Shown: positions 25,059 through 32,125 of the stretch, piece after piece
Layout of the letters: the number at the start of each line of letters is the position of its first letter
Position numbering within the stretch: the first letter of the stretch is position 1
IMG/VR virus record: IMGVR_UViG_3300017747_000630
Span: 1-32,125 of that record
Source: a virus
Lineage: Duplodnaviria > Caudoviricetes
DNA length: 32,125 bases
Reading direction: 5' to 3' (one strand)
Made by a program: the position numbers and the translations under genes
The notes under the pieces: generated by a model
What the model saw: the letters and a program-made list of their open reading frames with translations, nothing else
Databases searched by the model: none
What the model was told of the DNA's origin: nothing

Positions 25059-25199
25059 TCATTCTTCAGGGTTTAGCCTTACAAACTGAAAGTTAGGACA
25101 AGTAACATCTGAACTAAAAAACCAAGAGCGCACCCAGTCTTTAGACCTACGATGCGCCCTATATTGACGTAGCTTGGTAAGGTATTGTTGCTTATTCAT
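25059..25199 (-). CDS. 46-aa hypothetical protein (MNKQQYLTKLRQYR...)
   Basis: Manually translated; overlaps the upstream stop. Confidence 0.55.
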   Translation of the reverse strand: MNKQQYLTKLRQYRAHRRSKDWVRSWFFSSDVTCPNFQFVRLNPEE

Positions 25200-25413
25200 A
25201 AAGATTTAATCCGTTTTCGTGTAGCAAATCGTTTAGTTTCTCCCTTGCTTCGTATAACGCATCTATCTCCTTCTCTTCCCTTTTCTCGTTATATTTACAT
25301 TCTGCTCTTAGCCATTGATCTAACTCCCACATACAATGGATAAAATCATTCACCTTTAAAGCCTTTATAGCTTCTTTGTGATCGTCATCTGAAAACGTTA
25401 TAGTCACCGCCAT
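25192..25413 (-). CDS. Hypothetical protein
   Basis: ORF track; WELDQWLR..KY motif. Confidence 0.7.
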   Translation of the reverse strand: MAVTITFSDDDHKEAIKALKVNDFIHCMWELDQWLRAECKYNEKREEKEIDALYEAREKLNDLLHENGLNLYE

Positions 25414-25555
25414 CTATCCAAAGTATTGTTAAACCAATCAAATTTAAACCTGCTAAAACTAACAGGATGTATGCAAAGGTAAAGTTTTCTGTCTTATATG
25501 CAAGATATGAAAACACCAAGCATAAGTATGTAACTATCAAAAAATACAAATACAT
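25385..25555 (-). CDS. 56-aa two-TM membrane protein
   Basis: Manually translated MYLYFLIVTYLCLVFSYLAY...FAYILLVLAGLNLIGLTILW. Confidence 0.6.
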   Translation of the reverse strand: MYLYFLIVTYLCLVFSYLAYKTENFTFAYILLVLAGLNLIGLTILWIDGGDYNVFR

Positions 25556-25558
25556 AGC

Positions 25559-25867
25559 TTATTGATGTAGGTTCATATACTCGTAGTACTCATCCCAATG
25601 GGTAGCATCGTGCATCCAGCTTTGAAGAGTAGTTAATTCGTCTTTTGTTAGGCTGTAGCTTACGTAGTCTTCTTTTGTAGCATCGTACATCTGTACATCT
25701 GCTTTGTCTAAGATCATTGTAAAGTTATCTTCAGGAGAATCATACTTAACGTGGTAGTCTGCCGTACAAGTAAACTCCTGCCATTTGCCATCTACCTTCA
25801 TACTAAAACCAAATTCTTTTTCAAATCCGGTAAAGTCATAAATTCTAAAGCTGTCGTAATCTTTCAT
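25559..25867 (-). CDS. Acidic hypothetical early protein (MKDYDSF...)
   Basis: First gene after the promoter at 25883; ACACACTATGAAAG start. Confidence 0.75.
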   Translation of the reverse strand: MKDYDSFRIYDFTGFEKEFGFSMKVDGKWQEFTCTADYHVKYDSPEDNFTMILDKADVQMYDATKEDYVSYSLTKDELTTLQSWMHDATHWDEYYEYMNLHQ

Positions 25868-25882
25868 AGTGTGTTTTTTTGT

Positions 25883-25890
25883 CAAATATA
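25883..25890 (-). promoter_or_regulatory. Bacteroidota sigma70-type promoter -7 element
   Basis: TATATTTG in the intergenic gap, 15 nt before the ATG. Confidence 0.7.
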
Positions 25891-25893
25891 AAA

Positions 25894-26043
25894 TTATTCT
25901 TTAATAAAAAAGTGCTTTCTTATACACTCGTGTTTGTTAACATCGTTTTTTATTACGTAGTAGTTTTCTGTTTCGCCTATGCATTTGTATTTATTTCCTT
26001 GTGTTATTATTCCTTCAACTGTTATTAGGGCTATTAGATACAT
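25894..26043 (-). CDS. 49-aa hypothetical protein (ITQGNKYKCI...YYVIKND)
   Basis: Manually translated; TGATG coupling to the MTase. Confidence 0.65.
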   Translation of the reverse strand: MYLIALITVEGIITQGNKYKCIGETENYYVIKNDVNKHECIRKHFFIKE

Positions 26044-26792
26044 CAAAAAAGTTTTTGTTGGCTAACGTGATTTTTAATTCTTTGTACCGCCTTTTCATAG
26101 TATTCAGAATCTAACTCACAAGAAACACATTTTCTGTTTAAATTAAAACATTCTTTAGCAGTAGTACCACTTCCGCAATATGGATCAAAAACAATATCAT
26201 TTTCATTCGAATAAGAATAAATTAAATCTCTTGCTAATTTTTCAGGCATTACTGCTGGATGACCAGTTTTATCATTTTCACTTGTGTTATATTTCCATAT
26301 ACTCGTTCTTGGAGAAAAATCTGCTACATTTTTTACTTTACCATCATAAGAAGAATGCCCAGCCCATTTATTTTTTTTATCAATAATTAAATTAACTGCT
26401 TTTGGTTTTCCTTTAGAAAATATAAAGATAAATTCAAAAATATTAGTATATAAATTTCCATCTTTTTTGGCATTAAAAGCAACACTATTTTTTTCATATA
26501 TTAAATATTGATGCAAATTAAAACCTACATCCATAAAATTTAATGCTTGTATCAAAGAAGTACCTGAATATCCTTCTTTTTTTTCATCAAAAACATTCCA
26601 ACATAAAATGCCCCCATCTTTTAATATTCTATACAATTCTGTAAAAATATTTTTATCTATATTACTTTGATATTTTCGTAAATTATCATAAGGGGGAGAA
26701 GTCACAATTAAATCAAAATACTTATCAGGATAACGACTCATCATTTGCATATTGTCCTCGTTAGTTATTTCTATATCATCTGTTAGTCTCAT
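26043..26792 (-). CDS. DNA methyltransferase, beta class (SPPY motif, possibly N4-cytosine)
   Basis: VTSPPY, HPAVMP, FDPYCGSGTT, CELD; ends QQKLF. Confidence 0.9.
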   Translation of the reverse strand: MRLTDDIEITNEDNMQMMSRYPDKYFDLIVTSPPYDNLRKYQSNIDKNIFTELYRILKDGGILCWNVFDEKKEGYSGTSLIQALNFMDVGFNLHQYLIYEKNSVAFNAKKDGNLYTNIFEFIFIFSKGKPKAVNLIIDKKNKWAGHSSYDGKVKNVADFSPRTSIWKYNTSENDKTGHPAVMPEKLARDLIYSYSNENDIVFDPYCGSGTTAKECFNLNRKCVSCELDSEYYEKAVQRIKNHVSQQKLF

Positions 26793-26925
26793 CTTTTATC
26801 TTTTGTTTGTATATACTAATAACCTCTTTTAATCCTTTTAAATGCTTTTCTGCTATCCTTGTACTAAACGTAATTGTAGGTTCGCCTTTTGGTCTACCTG
26901 CATTTTCTCTTTTGCCACCTCTCAT
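26776..26925 (-). CDS. 49-aa AT-hook-like/ribbon-helix DNA-binding protein
   Basis: Manually translated MRGGKRENAGRPKGEPTITFSTRI... Confidence 0.7.
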   Translation of the reverse strand: MRGGKRENAGRPKGEPTITFSTRIAEKHLKGLKEVISIYKQKIKDETNR

Positions 26926-26928
26926 AAC

Positions 26929-27183
26929 TCAAAATCCATTTGAATAGTAAACCTGTACACCTTCTCTAAATTGGTAATGCTCTACCTTTTCATAATCATT
27001 GTTACATACTTCAACCCATACGCATTCTTGACCATTCCACCCTTCAGGTGTCTTACCTTTAGCCTTATATTTTAAACTTAATTTCTTAGCTAAATTCAAG
27101 GATGCTTTTTTAGTTTTTCTTTTGTGCCATTGCAGTATATCCATACCACCATTTACACTCACCACTTCAATGTTGTAAATCAT
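26929..27183 (-). CDS. 84-aa hypothetical moron protein (MIYNIEVVSV...)
   Basis: ATG at 27183 downstream of its own promoter with an A-rich leader. Confidence 0.72.
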   Translation of the reverse strand: MIYNIEVVSVNGGMDILQWHKRKTKKASLNLAKKLSLKYKAKGKTPEGWNGQECVWVEVCNNDYEKVEHYQFREGVQVYYSNGF

Positions 27184-27221
27184 CTTTCTTGTTTTTAATT
27201 TGTTTATCAAAGAACTATATA

Positions 27222-27253
27222 CGAATATAAAAATTACTTTTGAATTACGCAAA
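27222..27253 (-). promoter_or_regulatory. Bacteroidota sigma70-type promoter of a moron cassette
   Basis: TTTG-N20-TATATTCG. Confidence 0.68.
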
Positions 27254-27267
27254 CTTTTTTCAATAAT

Positions 27268-27816
27268 TTAACATTTTTTAACATTTAGGCTTTTTAATAT
27301 GTTTTTGTATTTTTGTATTATTTCTTTTAATTCTTCTCGTGTGTACTTTCGTGTTTTTGTAGCATCTTCCGTTAAACGCTCAAACTCTTCAAAGCCTAAC
27401 TTAGCTAATAACCTTTCCCGATACATAAGCAAATTACCGCTTAAAAATGAATTACAATGTTCACATTGAAGATGCACGTTTCGTTCGTCAAACCTTACAG
27501 ATGTATGCGTTCCGGCACTGTAGAAATGTCCTGCGTTCTCTTTCTTTGGTTTCTGTCCGCAGCTAATACAATTTTTACCCTGATCTCTTAATCGGATGTA
27601 TTTATTAAACACTTGCTGGGCTACCTTCATTAAGTCCTGAACGGTGGTTAATTCGTCTTTAAGCACTTTCTTTTTCTTTGCCCATTCTTGAGACTTTTTA
27701 ACCTCCGTAAGAACCACCGCACATTTAACAGAACAAACGCTTTGTGTTGTAGCGTACGTAGGAGTAAACTCAGATTTACATACACGGCATTTTTTAGGCT
27801 TTAATACTTTATGCAT
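27268..27816 (-). CDS. ninG: NinG/Rap-family recombination endonuclease
   Basis: KKCRVC...CSVKCA; FNKYIRLRD...CISCG...AGH...RFDERNVHLQCEHCN..LSGN. Confidence 0.9.
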   Translation of the reverse strand: MHKVLKPKKCRVCKSEFTPTYATTQSVCSVKCAVVLTEVKKSQEWAKKKKVLKDELTTVQDLMKVAQQVFNKYIRLRDQGKNCISCGQKPKKENAGHFYSAGTHTSVRFDERNVHLQCEHCNSFLSGNLLMYRERLLAKLGFEEFERLTEDATKTRKYTREELKEIIQKYKNILKSLNVKKC

Positions 27817-28172
27817 ATGGCTTCTTTTATGTTTAGTAGGCAATAAGTTTTATCTATCTTCTCCGTGTTTTCAAATTCAGTTTGTTTAGGCATCTGATTA
27901 GTTACCCAGTTAGGAGTTATATTCTTTACATTGAATATATAGATTCCTTTAGGAGTAGAGTTTATGTAGTAAGGTCTTTCGTGTTTATTTAGCTTGTCGT
28001 ACTTGTACTTCTCTAACATTAATTTATCGTAATGTGTATTACGGCATTTTAACTCTACTACCATATTAAACCTTTTACTATAGCAGTCATACTCGCAGTA
28101 GGTGTCTTCGCTTTTTTGTAAATCATCTATGTAGTTTAGCGTTAAAAACTTTAATAACTGCGGTTCGTTCAT
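27801..28172 (-). CDS. PD-(D/E)XK nuclease-like protein
   Basis: YDC...VELKCR motif. Confidence 0.55.
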   Translation of the reverse strand: MNEPQLLKFLTLNYIDDLQKSEDTYCEYDCYSKRFNMVVELKCRNTHYDKLMLEKYKYDKLNKHERPYYINSTPKGIYIFNVKNITPNWVTNQMPKQTEFENTEKIDKTYCLLNIKEAICIKY

Positions 28173-28426
28173 AGGTCTATTATTAGTTTTAAATCATCAT
28201 TCATTCGTGTTAACCTAAGATTCTCTTCGTGTAGTTCAAGTAACTTTCGTTCTAAAACACGATTACTTGCTTCTAAAATAGTCAACACTTCACGTACTTG
28301 ATCTAAGTCTGCTACTTGCTTGTCCAGTTCTGCTTTCTTTTTAGGTTCGTATTTAGACCTAAAGAGTATCTTATTAGCAGTTAAGCTAAGATTTAAGTAT
28401 GCTAAGTTTAATTTTACTAAGTCCAT
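28169..28426 (-). CDS. Hypothetical coiled-coil protein
   Basis: ORF track; coupled to the helicase stop. Confidence 0.65.
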   Translation of the reverse strand: MDLVKLNLAYLNLSLTANKILFRSKYEPKKKAELDKQVADLDQVREVLTILEASNRVLERKLLELHEENLRLTRMNDDLKLIIDL

Positions 28427-29337
28427 CAGAAAGGTAATTTATCGTCAAAGTTAGTATTTATTGATAATGTCTTAGGTTCGTGTTTACCTGGTTTAATTGG
28501 ATTCACATTTTCAATGGTAAAACCTAATCCGTGATTATAATAAAACATTAAAGGATCATTACTCATAGTCTGACCGCCACCCGTATCTTTATCTTTTATT
28601 TTATCTATATCTATCAAAGTAAAATATTGCATTGATTCAAGTTTAGTTAATCTGTGAATATTAATCCAATCATCGCACATATTAGCAAAGATTTTTCCAC
28701 CTTCAGCCATAGATTTATTAGGAATCATTGGTTGACCTTCCCACATATGCTTTGCTGGATATTCACTTGCTTTCCTTCCTGAAGCTGTAACCGGGTGCAT
28801 ACTTAAATAAACCGTCTTTCTGTTAATCTTACACCATCGTTTTAAACTACGAATAAATTTAATGTTGCTCTCGTAATTCATATCGTGGTCTAATTGATTA
28901 AATGGATCAATAAAATAACCATCCGCTGGTATTGCTTCAAATTCTTTTAGCAAATTTTCAGGTTTATACTGCTGCCTATTATCAATAAAGAAAAAATAAT
29001 CTTCTAAGTAATCATTATAGAAATCTATTTCTTCGTGTGATAAGTTCTTAAACGGAATACCTGAATACATCTGTATCAAATCACGCAGCACTTGACCTTT
29101 AGAATTCTCATCCATCCATATACCCCATTTTAATTTATGGTTAGTAGTTAACGCTAACATATACCAAGTCATAAAATAAGTTTTTCCGACATTGTCTCCG
29201 CCAAGAATTCCGTTATACTGACCTATCTTAAATCTTAAATAGTCATCCAGCTTACAATCTATGCCAAGCCCTTGTGCTATTTTCCCGTCTTTGTAATCGT
29301 GCAGATATCTTCTCGCACTTCCGTTACTTAATACCAT
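28426..29337 (-). CDS. DnaB-like (SF4) replicative helicase, ATPase domain only
   Basis: GGDNVGKT Walker A, FIDPFN Walker B, SMHP, KIKD..TGG; downstream of the initiator. Confidence 0.8.
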   Translation of the reverse strand: MVLSNGSARRYLHDYKDGKIAQGLGIDCKLDDYLRFKIGQYNGILGGDNVGKTYFMTWYMLALTTNHKLKWGIWMDENSKGQVLRDLIQMYSGIPFKNLSHEEIDFYNDYLEDYFFFIDNRQQYKPENLLKEFEAIPADGYFIDPFNQLDHDMNYESNIKFIRSLKRWCKINRKTVYLSMHPVTASGRKASEYPAKHMWEGQPMIPNKSMAEGGKIFANMCDDWINIHRLTKLESMQYFTLIDIDKIKDKDTGGGQTMSNDPLMFYYNHGLGFTIENVNPIKPGKHEPKTLSINTNFDDKLPF

Positions 29338-29989
29338 ATTGCTCTTGTAATTTTTTAGCACGTTCAACTAATGGATCAACAACAGTAGGTTGTTTAGGTT
29401 GTTTAGGTAAAAATGGTATTGTATTATTTAAAGTTGATTTCCAATTTACAATTTTAATCATTTTACCATTCTTCTCCTTACACCAATCATTAACTAACCA
29501 ACTTTCATATTTTATTTTTAATGCTTCAATAGATACATCTTCAACAACAGAAATACCATAAGCAACAAACTCTTCAGATGAAGGAACTTTGTTTATTTGT
29601 TTAATTGTTTCTTGTTTATTTATACTAACAGTGCTTTGACTGTGCTTTGTACTGTGCTTTGACAGTGCTTTGTCTAGTGCTTTGGTAGGTGCTTTGGTAT
29701 TTTTTACAATAGCAACTATGTTGGATGAGTATTGATTTTTGCTAGTTTCAACCATCTCTATAAATCCAAAATCCACAAGATCATTTAAACCTGCTGAGTA
29801 TGTTCTCCAGTTCTTAACTCCTATGGCTTCCATAACCATCTGCGAAGGAAATCCAAATTTATTTTTCCATCCAAGTCTATTACAATGCTCAATAGAAAAA
29901 TAATATATTGCATAGTGTATTGGTTTAACCTTATCAGGATTTTCAAATGCCCAATCACAAAAGTTTCTACTTAGTTCGTATCCGTTCAT
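29324..29989 (-). CDS. Replication initiator protein (lambda O/DnaD-like) carrying the origin
   Basis: N-terminal wHTH-like region, internal iterons, C-terminal NWKS motif; precedes the helicase. Confidence 0.78.
   Translation of the reverse strand: MNGYELSRNFCDWAFENPDKVKPIHYAIYYFSIEHCNRLGWKNKFGFPSQMVMEAIGVKNWRTYSAGLNDLVDFGFIEMVETSKNQYSSNIVAIVKNTKAPTKALDKALSKHSTKHSQSTVSINKQETIKQINKVPSSEEFVAYGISVVEDVSIEALKIKYESWLVNDWCKEKNGKMIKIVNWKSTLNNTIPFLPKQPKQPTVVDPLVERAKKLQEQYGIK
29589..29696. repeat. Replication origin: six GTGCTTTG iterons plus adjacent AT-rich tract
   Basis: GTGCTTTG at 29631, 29642, 29654, 29665, 29677 and 29689 (11-12 bp period); TTGTTT-rich tract at 29589-29622. Confidence 0.85.
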
Positions 29990-29992
29990 AAT

Positions 29993-30184
29993 TTATTTTT
30001 TATTTTGAGTCATTTGTTTTTGAATATGGTGTAATACACCTAATAATTCATATACTTCATCCTCTCCAAAATAAATCATCTTATAACCACAATCATCTAA
30101 TATTGTGATGCAAACGCATCCAGCTTCAGGTTTTAATTCAAGAGATAATCCTTTCTCGTTAATGCAATCTAAAATGTACTTCAT
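29993..30184 (-). CDS. Hypothetical 63-aa protein, first gene after the structured leader
   Basis: ORF track. Confidence 0.65.
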   Translation of the reverse strand: MKYILDCINEKGLSLELKPEAGCVCITILDDCGYKMIYFGEDEVYELLGVLHHIQKQMTQNKK

Positions 30185-30200
30185 ATAAATTAAATAAAAT

Positions 30201-30291
30201 AAAAAACCCCATCGAATCCACAGCTTCCTACTTCTGCTTCATCGACAGGGTCGAATAAGTTTTTAAGTTCTTATAATGTAGGAAGAGAACT
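30201..30291 (-). ncRNA. Structured leader/sRNA with two hairpins, complementary loops and a terminator U-tract
   Basis: P1 AGTTCT/AGAACT, loop containing CTTCCTAC; P2 CCCTGTCGA/TCGATGGGG plus GCAG/CTGT, loop containing GTAGGAAG; then TTTTTT. Confidence 0.7.
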
Positions 30292-30297
30292 ATTACA

Positions 30298-30305
30298 CAA
30301 ATATA
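30298..30305 (-). promoter_or_regulatory. Bacteroidota sigma70-type promoter -7 element for the replication operon
   Basis: TATATTTG immediately upstream of the structured leader. Confidence 0.72.
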
Positions 30306-30327
30306 ACTATTCTATTTGACTTTTGTT

Positions 30328-30567
30328 TTAAAACGGAAGATCAGTTTCGTTCTTATTATTCACCTTATCGCTAAAGTTCTCCATCTTTTTAAATGGTTCT
30401 TGAATGCTACCAGCGAAGAATTTACCTGCTTTACCTTCTTTGATCCATAGGCTAACAGAATAGTCCTTACCTTCTACGTTTACAGTTCCTGTATAGTCAG
30501 GCTGTGTTTCTTTCTCTTTCTTGTTGTTCTTAAAGATTACAACTTTGTTCGTGTTGTCGTACTGCAT
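30328..30567 (-). CDS. Putative single-stranded DNA-binding protein (DUF736-like)
   Basis: QPDYTG...VSLW.K...GKFF; acidic DLPF tail; in the recombination operon. Confidence 0.65.
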   Translation of the reverse strand: MQYDNTNKVVIFKNNKKEKETQPDYTGTVNVEGKDYSVSLWIKEGKAGKFFAGSIQEPFKKMENFSDKVNNKNETDLPF

Positions 30568-30568
30568 T

Positions 30569-30751
30569 TTACTTTTGTTTTTGATTAATAAATTCTTTAC
30601 TTAATTCTTGTAAGTCATTTCTAAGCATTTGATTTTCTTTTATTAGCTTTTTGTTTTCTCTTTCTAATCTACAAAAATCGTGATAAAATTCTTTTGCCCT
30701 TAGTTTTCTTTTTTCAAATTCATTCTCTAATATTTCAAGTATGTTTGTCAT
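30569..30751 (-). CDS. Hypothetical coiled-coil protein
   Basis: ORF track. Confidence 0.6.
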   Translation of the reverse strand: MTNILEILENEFEKRKLRAKEFYHDFCRLERENKKLIKENQMLRNDLQELSKEFINQKQK

Positions 30752-30933
30752 TTCAATTCTTGTTTTAGTTTTTCAATATATAGCGTTGCATCCATTAATT
30801 CTTCTTGTAGATGTTTTAGCCATTCTAACGTACTTAAATCTGTTCTGTCAAGTGTTACTCCGTATTTATCTATTCCACGCTCTGAACGGGCTTTAAATTG
30901 CGTAATAACGGATTCTACTATGCTATCCTTCAT
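30748..30933 (-). CDS. Small MazG-like/all-alpha NTP pyrophosphatase-type protein
   Basis: RSERGIDKYG..L...EWLKHLQEELMDATLY (EExxD). Confidence 0.55.
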   Translation of the reverse strand: MKDSIVESVITQFKARSERGIDKYGVTLDRTDLSTLEWLKHLQEELMDATLYIEKLKQELK

Positions 30934-31601
30934 AATATACTTTTAAGTTGCTCGTAATACTCTCTCGCTAACTCTACCTTCTCTTTAATATTCTCAATAG
31001 CATCTTCGTTTCTTTCTACGATGAATCTTTTAATTCGTAGGTTATTTGGTAAGTGATCAAAAGTATGCTGAGATTGTACCGCCTCACGTAAATCTAAATC
31101 TTCGTCTATAAGACCAGCTTTCCAATGCGCTCTACGTACTTCGTCTTCTACTATTTGATGAGGTGTGTCCATTAAGCAATAAACTAACTCAGCTTGGTCT
31201 AATCCCGTTAACCACATATAGCCTTGTAGTTGCCAAAAGTAATCCTTATTCTTTAACTCGGCGTCAAATAGAGGAAAGGTATTGCCATCCCAAGAACATT
31301 TAATGTCGGCAAGTAAGTACTTTGTAATTACGTCAGGTGTTCCGCTTATCCAATCGTTCTCGTAGCCTTGTTCGTTTTTTACTACGAAATCCCATCCTAA
31401 GACTTGACCAGCGAAATCAATAGCTTCGTCTTCCATTTGTAGTCCTTTGTCGGTGTATCTGCTCCAGAACTCACGTGATATTCCTAACTCCTTTTCCTTA
31501 AACAAATCCTGTATGTAAGTTTTTGCCGTTTCTGAGAGTATCTCCCCTTTTGATCGGGGAGTACTCATCAACTTTCCTATTGCGCTACATCTAATTTTCA
31601 T
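30930..31601 (-). CDS. YqaJ/lambda-exonuclease-like recombination nuclease
   Basis: KG..MEDEAI, GTPD, DIKCSW, YFWQLQGYMWL. Confidence 0.85.
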   Translation of the reverse strand: MKIRCSAIGKLMSTPRSKGEILSETAKTYIQDLFKEKELGISREFWSRYTDKGLQMEDEAIDFAGQVLGWDFVVKNEQGYENDWISGTPDVITKYLLADIKCSWDGNTFPLFDAELKNKDYFWQLQGYMWLTGLDQAELVYCLMDTPHQIVEDEVRRAHWKAGLIDEDLDLREAVQSQHTFDHLPNNLRIKRFIVERNEDAIENIKEKVELAREYYEQLKSIL

Positions 31602-32125
31602 ATCGCTTCAAGTTGTTTAGATTGGTCTTCTGTTAGTTCATATCCTTTAACGGCTTTAAGAAACTGCTCTTTTGTTATTTCGCCTTTAAATACCATATTC
31701 ATTCCCGTTTCAAAACGTTCATTAGGGAATATCTTTTTCTTGGTAGTCTCTCCTACTGCATCCGTGTCTTTGTCCGTAACCAAACCAAGTATCTGAGAGA
31801 TGCCGTAACGTCTAAAGTAAGTAAGTTGGCTTCCGTAAGACTGGAAGATGTTTTGACCTTTTAACTCTACGTCAGGCATTAAACGTAACGATGTTTCTAA
31901 AGTTTCTCCGCTTTCTACGTGAAATACTACAGTTACTAAATAGTCAACTCCTTCTTTGTGGTTAGTTAGTTGGGTAAATCCTAATCCGTGTTTCTGCATT
32001 AAAGGATTAATCACGTTTAGAATAGCTGGAAGGTCTGCATACTGATAAGCAAAGTTTCCGCTTCCCGCTGTTGTACCTTTAAAGATTACTGGCACTTCTT
32101 GTTGGAACTCAGCCAACGCTTTAAA
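31598..32125 (-). CDS. ERF-family single-strand annealing protein (5' end at 1..51)
   Basis: YQYADL, GLGFTQ, HVESGE, QSYGSQLTYFRRY...LGL...DTD signature. Confidence 0.9.
   Translation of the reverse strand, partial: FKALAEFQQEVPVIFKGTTAGSGNFAYQYADLPAILNVINPLMQKHGLGFTQLTNHKEGVDYLVTVVFHVESGETLETSLRLMPDVELKGQNIFQSYGSQLTYFRRYGISQILGLVTDKDTDAVGETTKKKIFPNERFETGMNMVFKGEITKEQFLKAVKGYELTEDQSKQLEAI
32087..32125. repeat. Terminal overlap, right copy (matches 1-39)
   Basis: 36/39 identity with the window start. Confidence 0.93.

Noticed and set aside
24988-25062. 24-aa ORF MKKLFKAIELIY... overlapping the sigma factor start (possible regulatory uORF)
   Set aside because: Coupled by ATGA to the upstream gene but too short to support a function; no frameshift signal evident
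25474-25481. TACCTTTG promoter-like match
   Set aside because: Lies within the 56-aa membrane protein CDS; cannot be distinguished from chance
776-29561. All + strand ORFs in the track (e.g. 2883..3245, 7717..8046, 10783..11352, 29274..29561)
   Set aside because: They are antisense shadows of well-supported minus-strand genes, with low-complexity translations and no promoters or motifs
29631-29696. Possible CRISPR-like or mini-array
   Set aside because: 8-bp repeats with 3-4 bp spacers inside a CDS fit iterons, not CRISPR
30201-30291. Possible tRNA
   Set aside because: No cloverleaf, T-loop or CCA; two-hairpin terminator-type structure instead
1-32125. Integrated prophage or alternative genetic code
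   Set aside because: No integrase, repressor or host genes; ends overlap; genes are intact under code 11 with TAA, TAG and TGA all used as stops

Overview
The window is an essentially complete, circularly permuted ~32.09 kb genome of a tailed dsDNA phage, probably a siphovirus of a Bacteroidota (Flavobacteriales-like) host. The first and last 39 bp overlap inside the ERF gene, with 3 synonymous mismatches. All credible genes are on the minus strand. In transcription order: ERF SSAP, YqaJ exonuclease and SSB-like genes; a structured leader, replication initiator with an iteron origin, DnaB-like helicase and NinG; two DNA methyltransferases and an ECF-type sigma factor; TerS/TerL; frameshifting tail chaperones, tail proteins and tape measure; prohead protease, scaffold, major capsid and major tail protein; portal and adaptor; fibres; a T9SS-cargo-like secreted protein; holin/M15 endolysin; a DEDD exonuclease; and small early genes including a DnaA domain IV-like protein. 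I saw no integrase, repressor, tRNA or CRISPR array. Much of the regulation can be read directly: five Bacteroidota-type early promoters (TATATTTG/TATATTCG), four late promoters AAC-N16-AGTT, and six intrinsic terminator hairpins. Most novel signals: (1) the terminator-bounded 3' end of the major tail mRNA carries two tandem copies of a sequence antisense to the shared start-codon region (ACACTATGAAA) of early genes, up to a 16/16 match, a candidate 3'-UTR sRNA for early-gene shut-off; (2) a kissing-loop/terminator RNA leader in front of the replication operon; (3) a phage-encoded type IX secretion substrate. Functional calls come from motif recognition only; no searches were run.
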